Positions 48,810 to 56,513 of a stretch of DNA of 56,513 nt are shown in pieces. Each line of letters begins with the position of its first letter. Within the stretch, counting starts at the first letter, position 1. Below the pieces are notes generated by a model. That model made no database searches, was not told the origin of the DNA, and saw only the letters and a list, made by a program, of their open reading frames with translations. The position numbers and the translations under genes were made by a program. Source of the DNA: Actinomycetota bacterium. GTDB taxonomy: Bacteria > Actinomycetota > JAUVYG01. The DNA is taken from NCBI GenBank assembly GCA_030603185.1, contig JAUVYG010000002.1, positions 1-56,513 on the forward strand, in the 5' to 3' direction.

Positions 48810-49758
48810 GGGTATAGCTACCGGAGCACTGAGAGCGGTTACTCAGTGCATGAAAGTTCAGACCGGTGAGACTGTAGTGGTCGTATGTGATGAAGGCACT
48901 ATCAGTATGGCGGAGGCGCTATACGACGCGAGCATCGACCGTGGCGCAGAACCGATACTGGTTATGATGGAGGAGCGCGGGCAGCACGCCGATGAGCCTC
49001 CTTCTCCGGTTGCATCTGCAATGGCTGCAGCGGACGTCGTCTTTGGAATCACCACCAAGTCGATCAGCCATACTGCAGCTCGAAGAAATGCCTGTGCCGC
49101 TGGAAGCAGGGTTGCGACTCTCCCCGGTATTACTGAAGAAATCTTTGATCGTGGACTAAATGTCGACTATGAGCACATCGCCGCCGTTAGCCGGAGGCTG
49201 GCGGACAAACTAGATGTTGCTGATCAGGTGCGCATTACTACGGAACTCGGTACTGACCTCAGATTCTCCATCGCCGGGCGAAAGGCTGAGTCGGATGGAG
49301 GGCTTTATCACGAGAGGGGGGCTTTCGGGAACTTACCAGCCGGAGAGGCCTCAGCCGGCCCGCTAGAGGGAACTGCTGCCGGTAGGCTGGTTATCGATGG
49401 CTCAATGGCATCCATTGGATTGCTCAGTGAACCCCTGATCTACGAGGTTGAGGCTGGAATCGTCCGCAATATCACCGGGGGTCCAGAAGCCGCTGCACTT
49501 GCCAGTACGCTCGACCCCTTTGGCGATGCCGGCCGAAGTCTGGCTGAGCTTGGTATAGGTACGAATTCCGGCGCCTTGTTGACTGGCAACATCCTAGAGG
49601 ACGAAAAAATACTTGGTACGATCCATATAGCTGTGGGAAATAACATGTCCTACGGTGGATCCATCAACGTGCCGATCCACCTTGACGGTGTGGTTATGTC
49701 TCCAACCGTGTACTTGGACGGGGAACCGATCATGGAAAAGGGAGACCTACTGGTCTAA
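48793..49758 (+). CDS. M29-family (aminopeptidase T/S-like, short form) metalloprotein
   Basis: 321 aa overlapping hyuB by 17 nt. ...GNLPAGEA..., ...LAELGIGTN..., ...EDEKILGTIHIAVG... and ...VPIHLDGV... resemble M29 metal-binding blocks. The same fold is used by NicX-type dioxygenases. Confidence 0.7.
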   Translation: MMGLPEGIATGALRAVTQCMKVQTGETVVVVCDEGTISMAEALYDASIDRGAEPILVMMEERGQHADEPPSPVASAMAAADVVFGITTKSISHTAARRNACAAGSRVATLPGITEEIFDRGLNVDYEHIAAVSRRLADKLDVADQVRITTELGTDLRFSIAGRKAESDGGLYHERGAFGNLPAGEASAGPLEGTAAGRLVIDGSMASIGLLSEPLIYEVEAGIVRNITGGPEAAALASTLDPFGDAGRSLAELGIGTNSGALLTGNILEDEKILGTIHIAVGNNMSYGGSINVPIHLDGVVMSPTVYLDGEPIMEKGDLLV

Positions 49759-50693
49759 CGCAGCAATTTCTGCGAGATCGCAACGATTGCCGCGGATATC
49801 GCATCAAGGTCGTAACCACCCTCTAGCGTGACAATGAGTCGCCCATAGCAGAACTCCCCAGCAAGCTCCATCAGCTTGCCTATGGCCTCGACGAATGCGT
49901 TTTGAGTTAGGGCGAGGGTAGCCAAGGGGTCATCGTCCAGGCCATCAAGGCCCAATGAGACAAGTATCAGCTCGGGCCGGTGAGCCTCAATGGCAGGAAC
50001 AACGTGCTCGTGGAAGAGGTCAAGGTATGCCGAGTCTCCGGTGCCGGATTCTAACGGGATATTGAGAATATGTCCTGAATCTCCCGCCCCGCGCTCATCC
50101 GGATAGCCTGAGCCTGGGTAGAGGGGCATTTGATGTAGAGAGGCGAATAGCACGGCTGGGTCGCCCCAAAAGATATCCTGAGTGCCATTGCCGTGATGGA
50201 CGTCCAGGTCAACGATGGCCACCTTGTCTAGATTCAAGTTCCGCAGGGCGAATCGGGCTCCGATTGCAACATTGTTGAACAAACAGAAACCCATGGGCCT
50301 ATCGTAGGTAGCGTGGTGACCCGGAGGCCTGACAAGGCAGAGAGCTCGGACCTCATTGGGGTCTTTAGTGGAACAAACGGACGAGACAGCCTCGACAAGG
50401 CCTCCAGCAGCCACCCTAGCAGCATCCAGGCTCCCCTTCGAAACGTATGTATCGGGGTCGAGCATAGTGGGCGCGCTCTCAGAGGCAGCTTTTACAATGT
50501 TCAGATGAGATTCGGAGTGGGCCAACATCAACTCTTCATCCGTAGCTGCGTGAGGTTTCAAGGGGGTGAATCGATCCAGTGCTCCAGACTCCTTGAGTGC
50601 GTCTTCGATCGCGACAAGGCGTTCAGGCCGTTCAGGGTGAGGGTAATCGGGCCGGTGTAGCAGGAAGCGATGATCCAAAAGGATCCAGGTCAA
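49755..50693 (-). CDS. Histone-deacetylase-family amidohydrolase (AcuC/acetylpolyamine amidohydrolase-like)
   Basis: ...RPPGHHA..., ...IVDLDVHHGNGTQDIF..., ...SLHQ.PLYPGSG... and ...TLEGGYD... are class HDAC/arginase-fold zinc amidohydrolase motifs. Confidence 0.88.
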   Translation of the reverse strand: MTWILLDHRFLLHRPDYPHPERPERLVAIEDALKESGALDRFTPLKPHAATDEELMLAHSESHLNIVKAASESAPTMLDPDTYVSKGSLDAARVAAGGLVEAVSSVCSTKDPNEVRALCLVRPPGHHATYDRPMGFCLFNNVAIGARFALRNLNLDKVAIVDLDVHHGNGTQDIFWGDPAVLFASLHQMPLYPGSGYPDERGAGDSGHILNIPLESGTGDSAYLDLFHEHVVPAIEAHRPELILVSLGLDGLDDDPLATLALTQNAFVEAIGKLMELAGEFCYGRLIVTLEGGYDLDAISAAIVAISQKLLR

Positions 50694-51835
50694 GCTTCCG
50701 GCTCCGAGATCGGCTCAGGACTAGATATGACCTCTTCCTGATCCTCGACTCCGGTCTCATCGTCATCGTCGTGTCCTGTGACCTTCCTCCAGGTAACGAT
50801 GGCCTGATTCGCAAGGGCCCACAGTACCGCAGCTGCAGGGGCCCCAAGAATTGCTCCCCACACACCAAAGAATTTGTAGCCGATAGCAAGCGCCAGGATC
50901 GAAGTGACCGGATGAAGGCCTAGTTGACCGCCAACTATTCGGGGCTGAATAACGGTGTTCTCTAGTTGGTTAAGAATCACAAAGAAGATGATGACGACAA
51001 GTGCCAGTTGCGGGCCACCAACTGCAAAGGCGACAAGAACCGCTGGAATCGCGCCAAGTATGGAACCCACGACCGGAATGAACTCAGCAAGTCCCGAAAA
51101 GACACCAAGCAATGCGCTGAACGGCAGACCAATGAAAAACGTAAAGATCCCGACTGGGATGCCGATCGATAGCGCCAGAAGGAACTGCCCGCGGATGAAC
51201 GAAGTTGCAATATCACCGAGTCGAGTAGTGAGAGCCATTACGTCGTCGTGATGAGCTTTTGGAAGAAAATCGGAAAGCCGGCGCTTGAAGTCACTGGCAG
51301 ACAACAAGAGGTAGATGCTTATGATGGTCGCAATAACCAACTGACCGACCGCGGAAGTCACCGCGACTATTCCGGCGCCAAGACCGCGAAGGACGGCAGT
51401 ACTGACGGATTGTAGCTGTGCGGTGAAACTTTGCAATAGGGATCCAGTGTCGAGCTGAATGCCTATGCTGGCGGCCAGACCCTCAACGTAGGGGATCGCT
51501 TGGGGCGCCTTTCTGATAAGGTCGGGCGCTTGCTCCGCAAGCTCCTGGGCCTGCGATATTAACGGTAAAGATAGAGCGGCGAACACAGCACCGATCGTTG
51601 AGATGCCCACCATATAGACGACCAGAACAGTTACTACCCTGGGAACCCTGCTCGGCAGGCGTGACTCCAGCCACCTGATCGATGGTGAAAAGGCCGCGGC
51701 TATCAGCAGTGCCACGATGAATACCAGAATAATGTCCAAAAGCTGGCCGAATATCCATACAGCTAGCGCCAGGAGTCCGATTATCAGCCAGGTAACAACC
51801 AAGACCTGAAGAATCTTTGTATAGTCGCGCTCCAA
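50690..51835 (-). CDS. AI-2E family transporter (PerM/UPF0118)
   Basis: 381-aa polytopic membrane protein. ...FIPVVGSILGAIPAVLVA... and ...LENTVIQPRIVG..LGLHPV... are typical of the family. It has an acidic C-terminal tail. Its stop overlaps the HDAC-like start (4 nt). Confidence 0.85.
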   Translation of the reverse strand: MERDYTKILQVLVVTWLIIGLLALAVWIFGQLLDIILVFIVALLIAAAFSPSIRWLESRLPSRVPRVVTVLVVYMVGISTIGAVFAALSLPLISQAQELAEQAPDLIRKAPQAIPYVEGLAASIGIQLDTGSLLQSFTAQLQSVSTAVLRGLGAGIVAVTSAVGQLVIATIISIYLLLSASDFKRRLSDFLPKAHHDDVMALTTRLGDIATSFIRGQFLLALSIGIPVGIFTFFIGLPFSALLGVFSGLAEFIPVVGSILGAIPAVLVAFAVGGPQLALVVIIFFVILNQLENTVIQPRIVGGQLGLHPVTSILALAIGYKFFGVWGAILGAPAAAVLWALANQAIVTWRKVTGHDDDDETGVEDQEEVISSPEPISEPEA

Positions 51836-51907
51836 TGGCCCTCCGCATTCACTAGAGTATTAGATGAATTCTGACATAGTGAAGCGACTACACCAAGGAG
51901 GTTTGAT

Positions 51908-52297
51908 TTGAGAAAGGCTATCAACACTAATGGGGCGCCAGCCCCTGTAGCTCCCTATTCGCCGGGGATACAGGCCGGTGAGATGATATTTCTCTCTGGG
52001 CAGCTTGGGCTTGATGCCAATACTGGGCAGCTGGTTCCGGGTGGCGCAAGGGAACAAGCGGAAAGAGCTCTCAAGAATATCGCGGCCCTAGCCAACGGGG
52101 CAGGTGGATCTATGGATGATGTGGTTAAGACCACAGTATTCATGACTGACCTTGCAGAGTTTGGACCCATCAACAGCCTATTCGAGGAGTTCTTTGATCA
52201 ACCCCGGCCAGCCAGGTCTGCCGTGGAGATCTCGGCTTTACCCCTAGGGGCTCTCGTTGAGATCGAGGCCATCCTGTGCAGAGGTGGTAACCATTGA
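51908..52297 (+). CDS. ridA: RidA/YjgF-family reactive enamine/imine deaminase
   Basis: TTG start 7 nt after AAGGAGG. Contains ...APAPVAPYSPGIQAG.MIFLSGQLGLD..TG.L..., ...TTVFMTDL..F..N..Y..FF and ...PARSAVEISALPLGALVEIEAI. Confidence 0.9.
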   Translation: MRKAINTNGAPAPVAPYSPGIQAGEMIFLSGQLGLDANTGQLVPGGAREQAERALKNIAALANGAGGSMDDVVKTTVFMTDLAEFGPINSLFEEFFDQPRPARSAVEISALPLGALVEIEAILCRGGNH

Positions 52298-54268
52298 TCC
52301 CAACTTGTCAGGGATAGGTGCCTCAATCAGATCACCAGAGCACATAATATCCACTAGGGCGGGATCCAGCTCTTTTCCTGCCATTTTTCGAAGGGCAGCC
52401 ACAGCTTCACCAGGGGCGAGCCCACTACCTTTCGGGGGCGGCTCCATTAGCTCTTGGTACGCTTCACACACCGAGAGCAGTCTTGCCAGAATCGGGATGT
52501 CCTCACCGGATAGTCCATCTGGAGTCCCGGAACCGTCCCAGTTCTCGTGGTGATGTATTATCGTCGGCGCTAGATGGCTCAGGCCTTGTAGGGTCTGAAG
52601 GACCCGACCGACCGACTCTGAGTGCATATTGATGATCTTCCACTCGGTGTCTGATAGTCCACCAGGAAGTCTATCGGGCCGGCGATCAACGGCCAATGAG
52701 GCCTTTCGTATCGTTTTCGGATGACCATGATTATGCACGAGCACACCAAGCACGAGTGCTTCCTTTTCTTCTGCCCCCAACCTGAGCGAACTCGTCAGCT
52801 TCTCAGCCGCTACTGCCGCAATTGACCTGTCGCGACCATCACGAGCTTGAATGGCAGCAACAAGCGCGCCTACGGCCACAAAGTCGTGGCCTCTCATCCT
52901 TGCAGTGATGCCTGGGTCGTCTGACGTGCCGGGTTCATCAACGTCAGGGGAGTAACAGACTCGGTCTCTTCCTGATCGTTTCGCCTGGATCATTGCAGAG
53001 TCCGCAGCGGATATCATCGAGTCAATGCTGCTACCACAAGCCGGGAAGTCTGCTACTCCGGCGCTAGCTGTGAGTCTTAGTCGTGATCCGGACACACCTT
53101 CAACGTTGACTTCCGAGATGGCCTTGCGGATCTTGTCGACTACGTAATGGGACTCGTGCAGGGTTGTGTGGGGGAGTATTACTGCGAACTCCTCGCCACC
53201 GTACCTAGCGCAAAAATCAGTGTTCCGGATAGCAGTTTGAAGCGTACTTGCCACTGCCGCCAGCACCTCATCGCCTTTTGTGTGTCCGAGTCGGTCGTTG
53301 ATAGTCTTGAAGAAGTCCAGATCGAACATGGCAACGCAAAACGTCTGATTGTAACGAGCTGCTCTTTCCACCTCGGCACCCAACTGCTGTTTGAATCGCC
53401 GATGGTTATATAGGCCAGTGAGACCATCCGTCGCCGCGATATGTTCCTTCTCTTCCAACAGTTGAGCCTTTTCAATGGCAAGGGCCGCTTGGTGCGCCAA
53501 AAGGCCGAGCAAGGATACCTCGCGGTCGTCAAAGTGTCTGACCTTAAAATCGTCGACGTACAGGACACCGATGGTTCTTCCTCTAGCTTTCAGCGGAACT
53601 GCTGCTATGGCGCGAATACCTTCAGAGATCATCACCGTGTTGTCCAGGCTGGGGACTGCATCAGTATTATCAAAGACCATCGGCTTGTTGGAGTTTATGA
53701 TCTGATCTGAGAGTCCGCCTTTTCTCACTGGCCATCGAGACACCTCTATGAATCCCTCAGAGAAACCTTGTGAGCAGCAAAGCTCAAGGGTGTGATCCTC
53801 TTCATGATATAGCGCGATGCTCGCCGCAGGGGCTTCTATTAGCTCCGTGGCACTTTTTAGAATCGACTTCAGAACATCATCTTGTGAGTTCGCGGTGGTT
53901 AGCATCAGACCGATGTCGTAAAGAGCTCGTTGATCCCGCTCCCTACGAATTCGTTCGTCGACCATGTTCCACATAAAGGAAAGGGATAGACCCGCAATGA
54001 CCTCGGTACCAATGGGACAGTGCTCGACGATCTGCCTTTGGGCCTTTTCCGAGCCAGAAGCATCGATCACCACATCGATCCGGCTGAGTGCCATCAGATC
54101 CTCTATTGAAGTCGTGGTGAACAAGCCCAGTTCGCGGGCAAAGGCCTGACCTGATGAGTCCTGTGTCCGAGTGGCAACACCGAGAACGTGGACTTCGGGG
54201 TCCTCAAAAAGTAGGGAAAGAAGGTCTCGACCTCCGGAGCCTACACCGATAAGAACGATTCTTGTCAT
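52244..54268 (-). CDS. Multidomain c-di-GMP protein: Rossmann-like N-domain + GAF + GGDEF (GGEEF, I-site) + degenerate HD-GYP
   Basis: The N-terminus IVLIGVGSGGRDLL is a GxGxxG motif. A GAF-like region follows (...IAAVPLKARGRTIGVLYVDD...). The GGDEF domain reads ...TDGLTGLYNHRRF...MFDLDFFKTINDRLGH.KGD...AIRNTDFCARYGGEEFAVILPH. The C-terminal ...HHHENWDGSGTPDGL... is HD-GYP-like, but HD is replaced by HN (VLVHNHGHP). Confidence 0.85.
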   Translation of the reverse strand: MTRIVLIGVGSGGRDLLSLLFEDPEVHVLGVATRTQDSSGQAFARELGLFTTTSIEDLMALSRIDVVIDASGSEKAQRQIVEHCPIGTEVIAGLSLSFMWNMVDERIRRERDQRALYDIGLMLTTANSQDDVLKSILKSATELIEAPAASIALYHEEDHTLELCCSQGFSEGFIEVSRWPVRKGGLSDQIINSNKPMVFDNTDAVPSLDNTVMISEGIRAIAAVPLKARGRTIGVLYVDDFKVRHFDDREVSLLGLLAHQAALAIEKAQLLEEKEHIAATDGLTGLYNHRRFKQQLGAEVERAARYNQTFCVAMFDLDFFKTINDRLGHTKGDEVLAAVASTLQTAIRNTDFCARYGGEEFAVILPHTTLHESHYVVDKIRKAISEVNVEGVSGSRLRLTASAGVADFPACGSSIDSMISAADSAMIQAKRSGRDRVCYSPDVDEPGTSDDPGITARMRGHDFVAVGALVAAIQARDGRDRSIAAVAAEKLTSSLRLGAEEKEALVLGVLVHNHGHPKTIRKASLAVDRRPDRLPGGLSDTEWKIINMHSESVGRVLQTLQGLSHLAPTIIHHHENWDGSGTPDGLSGEDIPILARLLSVCEAYQELMEPPPKGSGLAPGEAVAALRKMAGKELDPALVDIMCSGDLIEAPIPDKLGSMVTTSAQDGLDLNESP

Positions 54269-54463
54269 TGATCCCCTAGCAACATTTCATGAATTACGGC
54301 AAACGACTATCTCTTCGAACAATTGAAGTATCGTCATTCTGTGTGATGGTCTTAAAGGATTGTTCCTCAGCGGCTTTATGTCAGACCCCTTATCCCGTAG
54401 TATGTCTGCAGTACTCGAACCGATCTCGCCCCGCACGTCCAGACTGATAGGTGGTACACACTT

Positions 54464-55921
54464 TTGAAGATCGTACTTGTCGAGCCAAAATCCCCGGACT
54501 TTCACGTCTTTGAGAAATTTGCGCTCCCCCGGATGGGACTTCCTATGATTGGAACCATCCTAAAGAATGCCGGCCATGAGGTCATCATTTTTTGTGAAGA
54601 TATTGCCCCCATCGATTGGGCAGATGTTTACTCTGCTGATCTAGTGGGTGTTTCAAGCATCACAGTAACAGCACCCAACGCTTACGTAGTGGGTGACAAG
54701 GTGCGCGCCAAGGGTATTCCCGTTGTTATGGGTGGCGTCCATCCCACATTCCTTCCCGAAGAGGCCCTTGAGCACTCTGACTATGTTGTTAGGGGCGAGG
54801 GCGAAGAGGTCATCCTTGAGTTTATTGAGGTTCTCGACGGGAAGAGAGAGCCGTCAACGGTCAAGGGATTGTCCTTCAAGAAGGATGACGGTGAGTTCGA
54901 GCACGTTCCCATGAAACCGCTGATCCAAGATCTTGATGCCCTACCATTTGCGGACATCACGCTCATCCGTGGTCACAAGCGGATACCCCTGACTCCCATC
55001 GTCACATCTAGAGGTTGCCCATACGACTGTACCTTCTGCTCGGTGACTCCAATGTTCGGTAGGGGATACAGATTCCGTAGTCCAGAGAACGTACTGGATG
55101 AAATTGAAGAAAAGAAGGCTGACAAGGTCTTCTTTTATGACGACATGTTCAATGCCAAAAGAGATCGCATGTTCGCCATTTTGCAAGGGATCGTTGACAG
55201 GGGCCTGAAACTGCTCTGGAACGCTCAGGTTAGAACGAACATTGTGAAGCACAAGGGCAAAGAAGACGTTGAGATGCTAACTCTGATGAAGAAATCAGGA
55301 GCTGGCTTTCTTTACATCGGATTCGAGTCGATCAACCCGGAAACTCTTAAGGCTTTCAATAAGGGCCAAGACGTTGATGACATCGTCGAATCTATCAAGC
55401 TTATACAGAAGTACGACATCACGATACACGGGATGTTCGTCCTTGGATCAGATATGGATACCGCTGAAACAGTCAGGTCCACCGCAGATTTTGCCATTAA
55501 GAATCGAATCGACACCGTACAATTCATGATTCTCACGCCTCTTCCAGGCTCAGAGGACTTCAAGAAACTTGATGACCAGGGTCGGATCTTCAACAAGAAC
55601 TGGCGCTCCTACAATGCGCATTATGTTGTGTACTGGCCGACTCTGATCACAGCGGCGGACCTACAGCTCGAGGTGACCAGAGCCATGAGAAGGTTCTATT
55701 CTGTCCGACAGGTTTTTTCTATGGCCATTCGACGCAGGTGGTATCAGATGTTGTACAGGGCCTACGGGCACTGGGTCCTCAGGCAATGGGTGAAGCTAAA
55801 CAAAGGCACCGTGCGCGAGCTTCGGGAATACACCAAGAATGTGCCGATTGCCATTCGCGAGAAGATTCCCACCGTCGAGATCGGTGGTGACTCCGAGCAG
55901 ATTAAGCCAGAACAGGCTTGA
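54464..55921 (+). CDS. B12-binding-domain radical SAM protein (COG1032-type), substrate unknown
   Basis: TTG start 9 nt after AGGTGG. The N-terminal Rossmann-like cobalamin-binding module reads MKIVLVEP...GLPMIGTILKNAGHEV...VGVSSIT.... The rSAM cluster motif is SRGCPYDCTFCSV, followed by ...IGFESIN.... No SPASM-like C-terminal Cys cluster is seen. Confidence 0.88.
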   Translation: MKIVLVEPKSPDFHVFEKFALPRMGLPMIGTILKNAGHEVIIFCEDIAPIDWADVYSADLVGVSSITVTAPNAYVVGDKVRAKGIPVVMGGVHPTFLPEEALEHSDYVVRGEGEEVILEFIEVLDGKREPSTVKGLSFKKDDGEFEHVPMKPLIQDLDALPFADITLIRGHKRIPLTPIVTSRGCPYDCTFCSVTPMFGRGYRFRSPENVLDEIEEKKADKVFFYDDMFNAKRDRMFAILQGIVDRGLKLLWNAQVRTNIVKHKGKEDVEMLTLMKKSGAGFLYIGFESINPETLKAFNKGQDVDDIVESIKLIQKYDITIHGMFVLGSDMDTAETVRSTADFAIKNRIDTVQFMILTPLPGSEDFKKLDDQGRIFNKNWRSYNAHYVVYWPTLITAADLQLEVTRAMRRFYSVRQVFSMAIRRRWYQMLYRAYGHWVLRQWVKLNKGTVRELREYTKNVPIAIREKIPTVEIGGDSEQIKPEQA

Positions 55922-56513
55922 TCTCTGCTCCTTTCTGGATCGTCGATGTTTTTGCCGACCGTCCTTTTGGCGGTAATCCACTCTGTGTAGTCGCGCCAAA
56001 GGAGCCACTTAGTCCCGAAATGATGCAGGCGATCGCTTGTGAGATGGGCATGTCGGAAACGGTGTTCATTCATGATGGTATACCTGCTGAATCGGAATAT
56101 AGCGCCAGAATATTCACTCCCACCCAGGAATTGGCGTTTGCCGGTCATCCGAGCCTTGGTGCGGCTATCGTATATGACCTAACGAGTGCGCGCAGCAGTA
56201 AGTCCATCGAGCGTCATTATATTCAGCACACCTCTGCCAAGTCAGTCAAAATGACGGTCACAGACAACTCGGACGTGGTTCATGTACACATGGAACAGGG
56301 GCTGGCGGAATTCGGACCCACTCTGACCCTTGGTGAGGCCAAACGGGTTTTTGGTGGAGTAGGGGAGGCAGCAGCGAAATACGCTGTCGCCAACGGTGCA
56401 AGAGTGGTTTCCATGGGATTGCCGACCGTGATATATCCTGTGGTCGACACTGCATCCCTGGGGGCTCTTGATCCCAAAATGGTGTCAGTTGAGTCGCTGG
56501 CGGGCCTGGGTGC
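55918..56513 (+). CDS. PhzF-family isomerase-like protein, N-terminal about 198 codons (3' end outside the window)
   Basis: Not in the ORF track because it has no stop within the window. TTG at 55918 overlaps the rSAM stop (TTGA). The translation (M)ISAPFWIVDVFADRPFGGNPLCVVAPKEPLSPEMMQAIACEMGMSETVFI...ARIFTPTQELAFAGHPSLGAA... matches PhzF/DAP-epimerase-fold family motifs (VDAFT..PF.GNP..V; E..F; R.FTP..E..F.GH...G). Confidence 0.8.
   Translation, partial: MISAPFWIVDVFADRPFGGNPLCVVAPKEPLSPEMMQAIACEMGMSETVFIHDGIPAESEYSARIFTPTQELAFAGHPSLGAAIVYDLTSARSSKSIERHYIQHTSAKSVKMTVTDNSDVVHVHMEQGLAEFGPTLTLGEAKRVFGGVGEAAAKYAVANGARVVSMGLPTVIYPVVDTASLGALDPKMVSVESLAGLG

Noticed and set aside
54269-54463. Cobalamin riboswitch upstream of the B12-binding radical SAM gene; also checked before the BtuF-like gene at 30948-30951
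   Set aside because: No B12-box-like sequence (GCCACTG core) is present, and the spacer is only 195 nt and shared with a divergent gene. The gap before the BtuF-like gene is 4 nt. The 72-aa minus ORF 54287-54505 overlaps the rSAM start and has no support.
181-56477. Numerous antisense or out-of-frame track ORFs inside well-supported genes (for example 5739-6293 -, 26099-26521 -, 33872-34261 -, 34998-35498 -, 46221-46664 -, 53179-53568 -, 56258-56477 -)
   Set aside because: Each lies wholly within a CDS with strong family motifs on the other strand or frame. They are Arg/Ser/Pro-rich in the way shadow ORFs are, and none has a recognisable motif or RBS.
1-56513. Searched for CRISPR arrays, tandem or interspersed repeats, tRNA/rRNA/tmRNA genes, transposases, integrases, reverse transcriptases, toxin-antitoxin pairs and known defence-system genes
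   Set aside because: None found by eye. Non-coding gaps are few and short (354 nt at most), and no repeated spacer-repeat periodicity or IS-like terminal inverted repeats were seen. A computational repeat or covariance-model scan could still find small elements that I missed.

Overview
This 56.5-kb chromosomal segment is gene-dense, with about 58 CDS. I found no rRNA, tRNA, CRISPR array, transposase, integrase or phage genes. GC looks moderate by eye.

Lineage: gene order fits a Terrabacteria-type organism, most like a deep-branching Actinomycetota lineage. The evidence is a DUF6049-like/murJ/trxB neighbourhood and a dnaK-grpE-dnaJ-hspR-clpB operon with a HAIR-like operator. It also carries Firmicutes/Thermotoga-like traits: hisZ plus short hisG, an AroH chorismate mutase, a class I-beta DAHP synthase, and DUF512-der-plsY-gpsA.

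Layout:
- nuoN 3' end.
- A cell-envelope/redox block: DUF6049-like, murJ, PIN-TM-TPR, trxB, CooT-like.
- The heat-shock operon.
- A small ECF-sigma cluster.
- A roughly 24.7-kb same-strand run (18127-42867) holding histidine (hisZGDCBHAF), a FolD-like gene, riboflavin (ribD-E-BA-H), PurM-like, a B12-type binding protein, cobO, aromatic amino-acid genes (aroH, DAHPS, tyrA, aroA), cmk, plsC, ispH, DUF512, der, plsY and gpsA.
- A more accessory-looking tail with two c-di-GMP proteins, hyuA/hyuB plus an M29-like protein, an HDAC-like amidohydrolase, an AI-2E transporter, ridA, and a B12-binding radical SAM enzyme coupled to a PhzF-family gene that runs off the window.

Genes are extremely tightly packed. 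Many same-strand pairs share ATGA/GTGA/TTGA overlaps, and convergent pairs overlap at their stop codons.

Assessment: the window is mostly core metabolism and I do not see a clear-cut novel multi-gene system. The least explained pieces are:
1. A diguanylate cyclase translationally coupled to a 233-aa protein I cannot assign to any family.
2. A Rossmann-GAF-GGDEF protein with a degenerate HD-GYP domain.
3. The B12-rSAM/PhzF pair, with a Cys-rich 52-codon ORF just upstream.
4. A divergent FolD-like gene coupled to hisF where hisI would be expected.
5. A hisA that can only keep its catalytic N-terminus by starting at ATC or ATT.

All family calls come from reading the translations. No database search was run.
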